From IMG/VR virus record IMGVR_UViG_3300009103_000003, positions 64,001-128,000 of that record: 64,000 nt of DNA; one strand, 5' to 3'. Source of the stretch: a virus. The notes beneath the pieces are model-generated. The model saw only the letters and a list, made by a program, of their open reading frames with translations. It had not been told where the DNA came from and made no database searches. Both the position numbers and the translations under genes were made by a program. Shown in pieces: positions 27,128 to 37,496 of this stretch. Position 1 is the first letter of the stretch. Every line of letters begins with the position of its first letter.

Positions 27128-28763
27128 GATTAAAGTTCACGATAGTGACAACCCAGAATGGACACCGTTATCGATGTTCCCGTCTGAGTTCGTTAGCTCA
27201 TTTGTGAATATTGCCTCAGGCGGGCACCTGAGCAAATTCAGTTTTAAAGGACGGCAGTACCTTCTACCCATTTACGACACTCCTGCTCGTAGGGTTTTGC
27301 TCTTGTGCGGTCGTCAGGTAGAGAAAAGTACGACCCTTGGGAATACTATGCTGACGCACACAATGCTTCAACACCATTTCCGAGCTTTGTTTGTGAGCCC
27401 TACCCAGCAGCAAACTGAAACGTTCTCTAGGGATAGGATTGCAACCCCAATTGAGGTGTCGCCCCACTTGCAAGTTTTCACTAGGGGTGACCACACAAAA
27501 AATAACGTTTTATATAAGAAATTTATTACCGGGTCCGATCTGACCATGCGGTATGCATTTCTGCACGCTGACCGCGTTCGCGGTATTTCCGCTGACATGT
27601 TATTGCTGGATGAGATTCAGGACATCCTCACAGAGGTTATCCCAGTAATCGAAGAAGCCCTGTCTCACTCCCCTATCAAGCTTCTTAGGTATTCTGGGAC
27701 ACCCAAGAGTGTTGATAACACGATTAGTTATTACTGGAACCAGTTCTCTACAATGAATGAGTGGGTCATCCCTTGTGATAGCTGCAATAAGTGGAACGTT
27801 ATAGGGATAGACAACGTCGGCCCAGAGTTCCTTATGTGCTCGAAATGTCACTCAAAAATACATCCGGACCACCCTAAGGCTCAATGGGCTTCGATGCGTT
27901 CTCCCCAGTGGTTGAGCAACCCCCCAATTGCTGAGCCATTCGAGGGATACAGAATCCCGCAAGTTATTACCCCCTGGGTGAGTTGGGATGAAATTTCGGA
28001 TAAGAGAAAGAGGTATTCTAAGGCGCAATTCTACAATGAGTGCCTGGGGTTACCATACGATTCCGGTTCCAAGCCTCTTACGAAAGAGAGCCTTATGGCT
28101 TGCTGTGACCCAGGAAGGTCTATGAAGCAAGTGGAGCAGTTTGCCCTAAGAAATAAAGTGTTCATGGGCATTGACTGGGGAACGGCTGAAAATTCCTACA
28201 CGGTCATGACTGTGGGTGCGTATATAAAAGATCGGTTCCACGTCCTTTTATTCAAACGTTTTGAGGGTGAGGAAGCTGAGCCAGAAAAGATGATGAGCAC
28301 TATTAGTAGTTATATTGATCGTTTTAAGGTAGACACAGTTGGTGTAGACTACGGTGGTGGGTTTGACAGAAATGACAAACTTATTAGAACATTTGGGATT
28401 CGCCGGATAGCAAGGTATCAGTACGTAAACACAAAAAAGATTTATTTTGATAAGAGCCTTCACCGATTTATGGTGAACAGGACAGAGGCCTTAATGGCTA
28501 TTATTAACGCTATAAACAGAGGTGACGAATTTGTCTTCCCCAAGTGGGAAGAGATTGAGTTTCCTTTTGGAAGCGATATGTTATCTGTGTTCACAGAGTA
28601 TAATGAGGCTAGGCGCACAACGGTGATCCAGAGAACGCCGGGAACAACTGATGATACATTGCACTCATTGGCGTATTGTTTTTTGGCATCTATGATAAAG
28701 CACCCAAGACCTGATATTATCACCCCAATAGGGGATCGGGAAGAAGGGGCTAGAAGAGGTTAA
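27126..28763 (+). CDS. terL: Terminase large subunit (likely start ATG 27126)
   Basis: Walker A CGRQVEKST, Walker B LLLDEIQD, CxxC..CxxC ribbon, RNase H-like FMGIDWG and DDTLHS. Confidence 0.9.
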   Translation: MIKVHDSDNPEWTPLSMFPSEFVSSFVNIASGGHLSKFSFKGRQYLLPIYDTPARRVLLLCGRQVEKSTTLGNTMLTHTMLQHHFRALFVSPTQQQTETFSRDRIATPIEVSPHLQVFTRGDHTKNNVLYKKFITGSDLTMRYAFLHADRVRGISADMLLLDEIQDILTEVIPVIEEALSHSPIKLLRYSGTPKSVDNTISYYWNQFSTMNEWVIPCDSCNKWNVIGIDNVGPEFLMCSKCHSKIHPDHPKAQWASMRSPQWLSNPPIAEPFEGYRIPQVITPWVSWDEISDKRKRYSKAQFYNECLGLPYDSGSKPLTKESLMACCDPGRSMKQVEQFALRNKVFMGIDWGTAENSYTVMTVGAYIKDRFHVLLFKRFEGEEAEPEKMMSTISSYIDRFKVDTVGVDYGGGFDRNDKLIRTFGIRRIARYQYVNTKKIYFDKSLHRFMVNRTEALMAIINAINRGDEFVFPKWEEIEFPFGSDMLSVFTEYNEARRTTVIQRTPGTTDDTLHSLAYCFLASMIKHPRPDIITPIGDREEGARRG

Positions 28764-28765
28764 AC

Positions 28766-29851
28766 ATGGAAGACTTAGAATCGTATTTGCTAAACAAGGA
28801 TGATACAGGGGTGACTCGCTCAGAGTTACGTCACTTTGGGAAGCAGGCAGCAGTCCGCTACATTCAGAACGAAACCCCCTTGAATGACTCAATCAGTGAG
28901 TTTGCGAAGGAGGCTGGTCTTAGTCTTGAACAAATTAAGCGCGTGGCGGAATACGCAAATAATGATACCTTCGCGACCATGTTTAAGCTTGGGTTTGCCA
29001 AGAACATCACTTTTCCTATGGCCGATGCAATCGCTGTTTCACAAACAATCAATGCGCCGAAGGTGAAGACCGCGTCTGTGAATAAGCCCCACATCCCCCA
29101 AAGAATGAAGTACGTCCCTGGTCAAGAGGGCGTTGATTTAGAGAATATTTTTGGTTCGGGCGAAGAACTAGAGAAGACCGCCCAGTACGCGGACCCTGAC
29201 ATTAGTGAGGCCACAAGAAATTTTTTGGATGCTCATACAACCAATAAGAATGCTGAGGCCACCAAAGAAGCGCTAGGGGACGTTTTTGAAATCAGAATGT
29301 CTGCGTTAGGCGACTTGTGTAAAGAAGCCTCCCGCGCAGGGAACAGTGCTGGCATTATTGGTTATGCCATTGAGGCGGCGTCTCCGTCTGAGGGGCTACT
29401 ATCAGTAATCTCCGAGTCGCTCGGTGACTTAGTTGAATTTGGTCACGGCCCAGAACTAGAAAAGCTTGGGATGAGCATGATGATGCCAAACCCAATAAGC
29501 GGTCTGACTCAAGAGCTTGAGGGGACTGCACAAAAACTAACAATGACCCAACAAGCTGTTGTGAAAACACAGATGGCCATGCAGGAATTGCTAACAATTC
29601 TTCGGGGCCCGGATATGTCTGGCGGGGCCGCGCAGGTATTCGGAGGCGGAACGCCTTCCCCTGAGCCGCCCATGGGACCACCTCCTATGGGTGCCCCTAG
29701 GCCAGAGATGGCTCCAGTTGGCAGTCCTCAGGCGGCACCCCCACCAATGGGAGCAGCCCCTGAGACCGCTCCACCAACGGGCGGGCCTTCTCCGCAGCCG
29801 GGACCTCCCGGTATGCCTCCGCAAGGACCCCAAGGCCCAGGATTGGTGTAA
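28766..29851 (+). CDS. Putative prohead core/scaffold protein with K-x-A motifs and Pro-rich tail
   Basis: FGKQAA, VKTAS, LEKTAQ, LEKLG; PPMG/PPTGG repeats at the C-terminus. Confidence 0.6.
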   Translation: MEDLESYLLNKDDTGVTRSELRHFGKQAAVRYIQNETPLNDSISEFAKEAGLSLEQIKRVAEYANNDTFATMFKLGFAKNITFPMADAIAVSQTINAPKVKTASVNKPHIPQRMKYVPGQEGVDLENIFGSGEELEKTAQYADPDISEATRNFLDAHTTNKNAEATKEALGDVFEIRMSALGDLCKEASRAGNSAGIIGYAIEAASPSEGLLSVISESLGDLVEFGHGPELEKLGMSMMMPNPISGLTQELEGTAQKLTMTQQAVVKTQMAMQELLTILRGPDMSGGAAQVFGGGTPSPEPPMGPPPMGAPRPEMAPVGSPQAAPPPMGAAPETAPPTGGPSPQPGPPGMPPQGPQGPGLV

Positions 29852-30459
29852 TGAATAGGTTTGAGAAACAAGCTGCCAAAGACCGACTAGGCGCGGCATT
29901 CAACAAACATTTTGTTGAGGGTCACCCGGACAACTTGGTTCTTGGTCGCCAATCCAAACTTAGTCGAGGAGTGGGGAACGTTCTCTATGGGCCCGCGTCT
30001 TTTTTAGCTGCTAGCCCAGGCCGTATGGCGCATAATACTTTGGGTGGGCTTCTCTTTGGGGCAAAAGAGGGGAACCCGTTGAGCCCTATGTATGGGAAAC
30101 GACTAAAGGCTGTTGGTGGGCTCGACGGTCTACAGAATATTTCAAAAGCAGAGTACGATGAAATTAAGCAGGGCCTCCAAAAAGGTAAGGCGTATAAAGG
30201 TCGTATCTCCGGTCATGCCCTACCACAGTTTTACAAGAGGAAATATACTCCTGGTGGACTTGTAGGGTTTGCGCAGAAGCACCCACTTCTTGCTGGTGGT
30301 GGCGCTCTTCTTGCGTATTACTTAGCGAAGAGCCCGGAAAACCGGCAAATGGCCAGTGCAATGATGCCCAAAATGAACTCAGATATTTCACCAGAAACTA
30401 TCCGACAATGGAAAGAGCCTGACGTGGTTAGCCCATTCCAAAGACGGGCATGGGGTTGA
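29851..30459 (+). CDS. Basic Gly-rich putative internal virion protein
   Basis: N-terminal MNRFEKQAA; hydrophobic LLAGGGALLAYY segment. Confidence 0.6.
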   Translation: MNRFEKQAAKDRLGAAFNKHFVEGHPDNLVLGRQSKLSRGVGNVLYGPASFLAASPGRMAHNTLGGLLFGAKEGNPLSPMYGKRLKAVGGLDGLQNISKAEYDEIKQGLQKGKAYKGRISGHALPQFYKRKYTPGGLVGFAQKHPLLAGGGALLAYYLAKSPENRQMASAMMPKMNSDISPETIRQWKEPDVVSPFQRRAWG

Positions 30460-30461
30460 TA

Positions 30462-31124
30462 ATGGAACAAGATAAAAAAGATCGGCTTATTCAAAAACTT
30501 GCTGCACAGCAGTCGCTTCCAGGCATGAAGCCCAAGGCAAAGGACGTCCTCAAGAATTGGGGGAAAAGTGTCGGTAAAGAAGTAGCAGATCCAAAAGCTC
30601 TGGGCTCAGCGTTAAGAAAGGCCCTTTCCCAAGGCGCTGTTTTGGGTGGTGGGGTTCTTGCGGCTAAGTACTTTAAGAAGAAGCCAACCCTGATGAAAAA
30701 GCTTCTTGGTGAAGGCACTCCTGGCCGGAAGGCTCTGGCGTTTGGTGCGGGAGCCGCTGGTATCGCTGGTGGCTTAAAAGCTGTTGAGGGACTTGGGGAT
30801 GCTGTGTCTAATCCATTGAAGAAAAAGAAGTATTTCAATAATATGATGGACGAAAACCCCTCTCTGAAGAAAGAGCCAAAAAGGGACGTAGAGCGCATTT
30901 TTAGAACGCTCTATAAGTTCAATCCGACAATGGCCAGCGACCCACTAGTCGCAGGGTCTTTCATGAGAAGATCCTTACAGTTCAAGGACGAGGGAATCCA
31001 GCCTGTAGATGTTAAGACGTTGGCGGAAATCTCGAAGTCACTGAAGGACTCCAAGCGAGGCGATGGGCTTCTTAGCGGAGCTTTTGCTGGAACCGGTGCG
31101 GAACTTCTGAGCTACGCAGGATAG
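30462..31124 (+). CDS. Basic putative internal virion protein
   Basis: LIQKLAA near the N-terminus; GAGAAGIAGG segment. Confidence 0.6.
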   Translation: MEQDKKDRLIQKLAAQQSLPGMKPKAKDVLKNWGKSVGKEVADPKALGSALRKALSQGAVLGGGVLAAKYFKKKPTLMKKLLGEGTPGRKALAFGAGAAGIAGGLKAVEGLGDAVSNPLKKKKYFNNMMDENPSLKKEPKRDVERIFRTLYKFNPTMASDPLVAGSFMRRSLQFKDEGIQPVDVKTLAEISKSLKDSKRGDGLLSGAFAGTGAELLSYAG

Positions 31125-31130
31125 GTAGAG

Positions 31131-31751
31131 ATGGCGCAAGTTGAAACCTCACAAGATTACCCAGTTTCGAGATTCTTAACGAGTCCCGCTGGGAAAGCTT
31201 TGGGTTCTGCGGCAGCAACCGGTGGCCTCATGCTTGCCCTTAGAAAGGGGATGCGGTCCAAGGCTGCTAAGAAAATTCTTGAGAATAAGACTCTACAAAG
31301 CCTTGGGGTCAGGAACACTGCTGGTCCAAGCAATAAGGCAATCGCAACAACGGCTGCTTTGTCTGGGGGCCTAAGTGGTATCTTCGCCAATATGGAAAGA
31401 GACATCTATGCAAAAGCCCTCAAGAGTAAGCTTGAGTCAGGGCGAGGCGGGTTCACAAGACAAGAAAAAAACCTGCTTGTTGGTAAGGCGGCTGATGAGG
31501 GGAGCCTGGGTGGTCAAAAAGGTTTCTCCGAGTACTACATAACCCCAAAAACTCACGCTGTGGGTCGCGCCGCTATGGGCTTGCTGTTTGGTGGCCCAAC
31601 GGGGGCTGTCACGGAAGGCCTGTCCGGAGGCGTTGGAACAACGGCCAGCAGACATATGTGGGCCAGGGCATTATCAGCCAGAGCCAAGCGCGGAGACAAG
31701 CTAACCAAGGGAGAAGAGAGCCTCCTCAGAACTTTGGGAGGGAGGCAGTAA
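31131..31751 (+). CDS. Gly/Ala-rich glycine-zipper protein
   Basis: Several GxxxG helices; tiled before the protease. Confidence 0.6.
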   Translation: MAQVETSQDYPVSRFLTSPAGKALGSAAATGGLMLALRKGMRSKAAKKILENKTLQSLGVRNTAGPSNKAIATTAALSGGLSGIFANMERDIYAKALKSKLESGRGGFTRQEKNLLVGKAADEGSLGGQKGFSEYYITPKTHAVGRAAMGLLFGGPTGAVTEGLSGGVGTTASRHMWARALSARAKRGDKLTKGEESLLRTLGGRQ

Positions 31752-31752
31752 G

Positions 31753-33438
31753 ATGCTGAAGCTACTTACATTTCCTGGGTCAGATGACGAAGGAAATATC
31801 TTTGTTCAGGCGATTAACCCGTCTGACAGTTTGGTTAAGGTTGCGTCTCATGACGCGCTCCACCCAGAAATTCAATCTTACATAGGTGGGCTTAAGTCCA
31901 TGGACACTCACCTATATGTTTTGGTTAATGCCCTAGGGGCTGGTGAGTATTACGGCAGTAATATTAATGGGGATTTCTTCGAAGAGAAGGAGCTGAACCC
32001 AACAGAGAGCAATACTGGCTTCGGACACCAAACTTTTTTAAATGCTGGGATCTACAGACACCATAAAAACAAGGACATTAACCGGTCTTTAGGGCAAATT
32101 TGTCACGCGGTGTATAACCCTGTGATGCATAGGGTGGAATTGATCTTAAAGATTTGCCGCGAAAAAGCAGAGTTAGAGGGGTCCGGAGATCTCGTAAGAA
32201 GGCTGGACGCCGGTGAGAACCCAGCCGTGAGCATGGGATGTAGAGTCAAGTATGATGTCTGCTCCATTTGTGGTCACAAGTCTAAAACTAGGGCTGACTA
32301 CTGCCACCATACGAAAACAATGATGGGGAAAGTGTTCCCAGATGGCAGAAAGGTTTTCGTGTATAACCCAAACCCCAAGTTCTTTGACTTGAGCTTTGTT
32401 GTTATTGGTGCTGATAGAACTAGTTATGCGATGGCTAAGGTTGCCTCTATCCACGGTTCTTCATCTGCCTTGGCAGCAGAGGAAGCAGGCATTCGGGATG
32501 GGAGCGCGGTCAATTTGCTAAAAGAGAAAATGGCCGCTAAGAATAAAATCTCTAATATGTTAAAAGAGGTTCCGGCCATGTCTGCTAGGGTTATGCCCCG
32601 CGTCACTCAAAGCGAGCCAGACCTTTCTCGAAATGTTTTATCTAGGATGGCATGTTGCCCTGTGGCCAATGCGCTAACAACTTCCGCTTCCGCAGGTATT
32701 GTGCTAAAGCCCCGCGAGTACCAGAGAATTATTCTGATTCGGATAGGGAAAAAACCGTTGGCAGACAGACTGGATAATGCTGGCTGCACATTTTCACCCT
32801 CTAATGATGTAGACAGGAGTGTTAGGATAGGCGCACCTAACCAGTTTTCGTCATCTATTAGAGATATGCTTATGGACATTATTCCCAAGCGTAGTATGTT
32901 CGATCCAGTTATTACGAAGAGGATCACGATTATTAGACGCCCAAGTACTTCCACAGACCAACTAAGTCCTAGTATTCTAGGTCTGCGTAAAGAAGGTAGT
33001 ATTGGAAGTATTGATATTAGTCCTGACGAAATGGAGCTTCTTAATAGAATCTCCGCAGGATACAATGGTTATCGCGAGCAGCTAATGGAGAAAATAGGAA
33101 CCATTGTTGCTCATATTACAAGTAATGATATAGGATTGCTCTCGACCATTAATGGTCAAAGACTGGAAGATGAATTCATGTTGGAACCACAACTAACAAA
33201 AACAGCTAAGCTGCCTTTAGCGTTGGTTGGTGTTCTTCCCATGGCTTATCTTTACGGTGCGCACGTAAAATCTAAAAGACGGCGTACCCATCAGTCCACA
33301 GGCCCACTTGATCGGTTTATCGAGAAACATCCAATCTTAGCCACTTCGGTGTTTGTAGGCCTTACCCGTTTGGGTATGAACCTAAAAACGTCTGGGGCGT
33401 TCAACAAGTCGTTGAACAACCTAGCGGCTAAGTTTTAG
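31753..33438 (+). CDS. Prohead maturation protease (HK97/assemblin-like, clan SH) with C-terminal extension
   Basis: Putative catalytic His (RHHKNKD) and Ser (AVSMGC), followed by DVCSICG..YCHH; position before the scaffold and capsid genes. Confidence 0.8.
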   Translation: MLKLLTFPGSDDEGNIFVQAINPSDSLVKVASHDALHPEIQSYIGGLKSMDTHLYVLVNALGAGEYYGSNINGDFFEEKELNPTESNTGFGHQTFLNAGIYRHHKNKDINRSLGQICHAVYNPVMHRVELILKICREKAELEGSGDLVRRLDAGENPAVSMGCRVKYDVCSICGHKSKTRADYCHHTKTMMGKVFPDGRKVFVYNPNPKFFDLSFVVIGADRTSYAMAKVASIHGSSSALAAEEAGIRDGSAVNLLKEKMAAKNKISNMLKEVPAMSARVMPRVTQSEPDLSRNVLSRMACCPVANALTTSASAGIVLKPREYQRIILIRIGKKPLADRLDNAGCTFSPSNDVDRSVRIGAPNQFSSSIRDMLMDIIPKRSMFDPVITKRITIIRRPSTSTDQLSPSILGLRKEGSIGSIDISPDEMELLNRISAGYNGYREQLMEKIGTIVAHITSNDIGLLSTINGQRLEDEFMLEPQLTKTAKLPLALVGVLPMAYLYGAHVKSKRRRTHQSTGPLDRFIEKHPILATSVFVGLTRLGMNLKTSGAFNKSLNNLAAKF

Positions 33439-33530
33439 TAGTCCGTGGGTATCTAGATGAATACATTTATCAAAGATGATGCTGGGACGCAGTTAAACCA
33501 AGAAACCGTTCTAATTCTAAGGAGAACAAA

Positions 33531-34139
33531 ATGAACGAACTGCTAGCACAAGCGTACGGTACCCAGGGAAACATTGACACCAATTCAGGCGTCGAGAAGA
33601 CCGCTGAGGCCGCTTTAATTGACGAACTCGAAAAGGTTGCACAGGCCGAAGGCATCGACCTTAATGAGTTCAGTGACGATGATATCCTCGAAATCCTTGG
33701 CGAAGCCATGGGTGGTGAGGGTGTCGAGAAAACCGCAGGCGTAGAAGCTGCGGGCGAAGATGAGGACACCCAGGTTAAGCTTGCAGAAGCTGACTTCCTT
33801 GGTCGAACCATGGCGCACGCTTTCTACGACGAACTTACCGGCATTCAGCATGGTGGCACCGAGAAGACCGCAAGTGGTCGTCCCAGTGACGCTTTCCTGA
33901 AGACCGCTTCTGACGAAGAAGCTGGAACCGTTGATCCTGAGTTTGCCCAAGCTTTCGAAGAAACCGCTATTGAGCGTGCCAACGAAATTCTTGAGTTCTT
34001 GGACACCGGCTCCGTTAAGCAGTCTTCGGCAGCAATTGATGACGAGCAGCTTGACGCTGACGTGACTGAGCGTGCGGGACAGCTTCTCGCTGAGGCTGGT
34101 TACGATGTTGATGCAATTGCCCAAGCGTTGCAGGGGTAA
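33531..34139 (+). CDS. Acidic scaffold-like protein with repeated K-x-A motifs
   Basis: VEKTAE, LEKVAQ, VEKTAG, VKLAE, TEKTAS, LKTAS, VKQSS; strong SD AAGGAG. Confidence 0.7.
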   Translation: MNELLAQAYGTQGNIDTNSGVEKTAEAALIDELEKVAQAEGIDLNEFSDDDILEILGEAMGGEGVEKTAGVEAAGEDEDTQVKLAEADFLGRTMAHAFYDELTGIQHGGTEKTASGRPSDAFLKTASDEEAGTVDPEFAQAFEETAIERANEILEFLDTGSVKQSSAAIDDEQLDADVTERAGQLLAEAGYDVDAIAQALQG

Positions 34140-34142
34140 TTA

Positions 34143-34325
34143 ATGCAGGCCGATGCAGTCAAAAAACTAAAGAAGCATTTCCAGCTTAGTAATAAGGTTG
34201 GGAGATCGTCTTTAGAAAAAAGCTGGTCTTTCTTGAAAAAGAGACCTGCGGAGGCTGCACTCTTTACGATATTAGCTGCTAATATTATAAAGAGGCGTAA
34301 CGGTAAGGCCACTAAGCAAGTTTGA
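34143..34325 (+). CDS. Small basic protein (60 aa)
   Basis: Tiled between scaffold-like genes. Confidence 0.5.
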   Translation: MQADAVKKLKKHFQLSNKVGRSSLEKSWSFLKKRPAEAALFTILAANIIKRRNGKATKQV

Positions 34326-34330
34326 GTACA

Positions 34331-34358
34331 GGTCCCGTCCGGGCAACCGGGCGGGGCC
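34331..34358 (+). other. 12-bp RNA hairpin with GCAA (GNRA) loop and no U-tract
   Basis: GGTCCCGTCCGG-GCAA-CCGGGCGGGGCC, two G-U pairs; intergenic. Confidence 0.7.
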
Positions 34359-34380
34359 AGTCTCTCAACAGGAGGATTGG

Positions 34381-35232
34381 ATGTCTTCACTAAATAAACT
34401 GATTGAAAAACTTGCTGGGTCTAACTCATCTACCGTGGCCGAGACCGATGAATCTGCACCTATCGCGCAGAATGCTACTGATCCGGTGTATGTAGAGAAG
34501 TTAGCTTCAGCAGTAGATTTTATTGTTGATAATATTGATACAACTTTTACTGAAGAACTCAGTCAGAAAGACAAAGTATCAATTATTAAAGAGGCTATTG
34601 CCCGTGACCCGGTAACAGGGCGTTTTGTTTCTGATGGAAACCCGACTTTAACTGTTCCCGAGCAGGTGGCCGAAGAGGCCCCGCCAGAGGAGCCCGAAAG
34701 TAATGTCACAGACATTACTGGTAAGCTACGAGATCGACTAAGAGCACGAATTACCGCAAAACAAGAGGCGGTAGCTGAGGAAGATCAAAAAATGGAGGAC
34801 TCTAAGGAGGAGAAACAAGAACTCCTACAGAGTGTTCTAGGAAAACTTAAAGAGCTTAAATCTGATAAGTCCGATCAATCTGATGCGGATACCCCAGAGG
34901 ACAGCGAGAACTTCTATAGCGGTTCTTCTGACGACCCTGTGTCTGAGGAAGAAATTTTTAACGTCGGTTCAACCGCGACTGACGACACGGAGAATTCAAC
35001 GGACGATAATAGTGACGTTGACGGCGAGATGGCGGTAAAGGCAGCTTCGGCTGGCCAAAGTCTTGCTGAGGTGCTGAATGCAGCACTTAGCTCTGATGGA
35101 CAATTTGACGAGAGTGCCTCAACAGGTGCAGAGACCGGCGATGTTCACGGTAGCGAAGGGCCCATGGCTCGTAAACAAGCCACCGACAGCCTGAAAAGGA
35201 AGTTGTTGGCTAAGATTGGTAAGGAGGCATAA
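34381..35232 (+). CDS. Acidic scaffold-like protein
   Basis: IEKLAG, VEKLAS, VKAAS; coiled coil; D/E/S-rich. Confidence 0.65.
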   Translation: MSSLNKLIEKLAGSNSSTVAETDESAPIAQNATDPVYVEKLASAVDFIVDNIDTTFTEELSQKDKVSIIKEAIARDPVTGRFVSDGNPTLTVPEQVAEEAPPEEPESNVTDITGKLRDRLRARITAKQEAVAEEDQKMEDSKEEKQELLQSVLGKLKELKSDKSDQSDADTPEDSENFYSGSSDDPVSEEEIFNVGSTATDDTENSTDDNSDVDGEMAVKAASAGQSLAEVLNAALSSDGQFDESASTGAETGDVHGSEGPMARKQATDSLKRKLLAKIGKEA

Positions 35233-35234
35233 TC

Positions 35235-35585
35235 ATGAGTTCAATTGATAAAAACTCAGCCCAGGAAGTCCTGAAGCAGGTCCCGCAAACTTTGCGGAAG
35301 CTTGTGGAGGAAAATACCAAACTTGCGTCTGCTCTTGAGGAGTACCGTAAGCGGGAAGAGGCGGAAGAAGTTGTGGCCATGATGGATGCTCGTGGTTTCT
35401 CGGATCGCACAGTTCCTTTAAAGACGAAGGTGGCAGCATTGCTGGCTTCTAAGAAGGATTTGAACGTGGTCAAGGAAGCTCTTGCTCTTTCCCCACCCGA
35501 TCTGTCGTTTGCATCTGTTTCCGATTTGCCCGGTGATGGTGCAGTGAGCGCTTTCGAGAACTTTCTTCTCGGAAGTAATGAGTAA
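35235..35585 (+). CDS. Small coiled-coil head assembly protein
   Basis: Position in the capsid operon; helical. Confidence 0.55.
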   Translation: MSSIDKNSAQEVLKQVPQTLRKLVEENTKLASALEEYRKREEAEEVVAMMDARGFSDRTVPLKTKVAALLASKKDLNVVKEALALSPPDLSFASVSDLPGDGAVSAFENFLLGSNE

Positions 35586-35611
35586 ACGTTAACTAACTAA
35601 GGAGAACTAAA

Positions 35612-36196
35612 ATGGCTGCTGGAGCTTTTAGTGCCACCCGACGTAGGAACGTGAGCCCAATTTCGTCTACTTTAAGTGTTCAAACACGTGATGTGGATTG
35701 TTCTGGACTCGCGGCTGCTCCCGAGGATGGTGAATTTGTAACCCAGGACGGTGATAGTCCGACCGGCGTAGCGTTTCATGGCGCTAACAATGCTGCGATT
35801 ACCGCCGCCGATACTCAGGGATCTTCCCTGGCTATGGTGTGGGGTTCCGCACAACGGTCTGATCGTCAGGCCCTGGGTGATACTCGCGTAGCTGTGCTCG
35901 CGCATGGTGGAATCGATATCGATTGTATGCTTTACATCGCACCCGATAACACTCAGGCGTTGAACAACGCTGCTAACTACCCACTTGGCACGTTAGTGTC
36001 TGTCGCAGAAAATACCGCAATGGCTGTCGAAGGCAACGCCTCTCGACTGCTTCTTACCCCGATTGCCGATGGCACGTCTGGGTGGGCGGTAGGTTATGTG
36101 ACTCGTACTTCTGCCCAACTACCCGCTGCTGATCGAGCTATCGGTGTCTATCTTTATGATAAGCCCCGCAAGGTCGATGGCGCTGGTGCACCCTAG
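35612..36196 (+). CDS. Putative head decoration/cement protein
   Basis: Beta-rich, immediately before the MCP gene, strong SD AAGGAG. Confidence 0.55.
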   Translation: MAAGAFSATRRRNVSPISSTLSVQTRDVDCSGLAAAPEDGEFVTQDGDSPTGVAFHGANNAAITAADTQGSSLAMVWGSAQRSDRQALGDTRVAVLAHGGIDIDCMLYIAPDNTQALNNAANYPLGTLVSVAENTAMAVEGNASRLLLTPIADGTSGWAVGYVTRTSAQLPAADRAIGVYLYDKPRKVDGAGAP

Positions 36197-36214
36197 CCTT
36201 AAAGGAGGATAATC

Positions 36215-37420
36215 ATGTCTAGCGTACCTAGCGAAGTCCTCAACGAGCTTTTTGTCTCTAAGCTCGATACTGAGGCCGGAAAAGAAAAGATTGCTGCTCT
36301 TGGCGGTGATTTTATTAGAGACCGTCTGCGTGAGGAGAGCTTTGCTCGCAAGGTCCTCCCCCCGAAGACCGTCAGTCGTTCGGACCTCCAGGTCAGCGTC
36401 AATCACGATACCCTCGTGAAGGTCGTTGAAGTGGAGCCACAAAGCCGAGCCATGAGTATGTCATTCCGGGCACAGCCCACGGTGAGATACTACACTGGTC
36501 CGCGCTTTGAGGTACCGTTTCATACGGTTGGTTCGCAGCGTTATGAGCAAACTGAGCAGGAGCTTATGGCCTACGTGATGCCAATCACGGAGATCATCAA
36601 GCGTAACATTGTTAACGATATCCAAGAGATTGAGGACCGCGTGTTCTTGACTCACATGGAATCGGCCTGCCAGTCGTTACAGCAAGATGCACAGGGCCTC
36701 GCGTTCGGTGCTGCATACAACAACAGTGGTGCAACTGTTTTCTCGGCACGTAATGTGCTCGTGAACGGCATCCCTGAAGTTGGTAAGGTCAAAGGCGTAG
36801 ATGCCGCTGCCCTTACGGTTGCTGCAAACGATGTTGCTGGCGCTGACGAAGCCCTCGTCTTCCCTGTTCAGAAGGATGACTTTATTAAGTTGTTCCAGAC
36901 GTTCACAGGCGGCGGTGCTCGTGGCTCTCGACTGCGGTGTGATCAGTTCCTCATGACTGACACTGACTTCGAGGACCTGAATGCTTGGGCACATGCGGAT
37001 ATGGGAGATAAGATTGTTGGCGAGACTACTGTCGATGGATACAAGTACAAAACGGTTATTGGCCGTAAGTTCATTCGTACCCTGAAGACGGACATTCTTC
37101 GTCCTGGCAATATTTATGCTTTCACCGCACCCGAGTATTTGGGTGGCTTCCTTGTTCTCAACAAGACTAAGTTCTACGCCGATAAGGAACGGAACCGAAT
37201 CTCGTTTGAGGCTTGGGAAGACATTGGTATGTATGTCGGAAACGTGGCTGGTGTTCGTAAGCTTGAGCTTTACACTGGTTCCGTCGAGACTATTGCCGGT
37301 GGTGGTGCAACTAACGCGGTGACGCGTGCTGCACGTCTTCCTGTTGCGGAAGCTGACATGGGCGGGCGTAACCACCTCGTTAACGAGGGGCAAACGTTCC
37401 CTGCTGTAGCGCAGTTCTAG
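36215..37420 (+). CDS. Major capsid protein (HK97 fold)
   Basis: Size and position, strong SD AAAGGAGG, downstream terminator, HK97-like pattern (NDIQEIEDRVFL...FEAWEDIGMYVGN); N-terminal KEKIAA. Confidence 0.85.
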   Translation: MSSVPSEVLNELFVSKLDTEAGKEKIAALGGDFIRDRLREESFARKVLPPKTVSRSDLQVSVNHDTLVKVVEVEPQSRAMSMSFRAQPTVRYYTGPRFEVPFHTVGSQRYEQTEQELMAYVMPITEIIKRNIVNDIQEIEDRVFLTHMESACQSLQQDAQGLAFGAAYNNSGATVFSARNVLVNGIPEVGKVKGVDAAALTVAANDVAGADEALVFPVQKDDFIKLFQTFTGGGARGSRLRCDQFLMTDTDFEDLNAWAHADMGDKIVGETTVDGYKYKTVIGRKFIRTLKTDILRPGNIYAFTAPEYLGGFLVLNKTKFYADKERNRISFEAWEDIGMYVGNVAGVRKLELYTGSVETIAGGGATNAVTRAARLPVAEADMGGRNHLVNEGQTFPAVAQF

Positions 37421-37428
37421 GCTACTTT

Positions 37429-37480
37429 GGTGGGTGCCCCCTGGCTTCGGCTGGGGGGCACTTCACCTCATATTTTTTTA
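37429..37480 (+). terminator. Intrinsic terminator after the MCP gene
   Basis: About 17-bp GC-rich stem with cTTCGg loop, followed by a T-tract. Confidence 0.9.
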
Positions 37481-37496
37481 TTATTGGAGATAGGCG

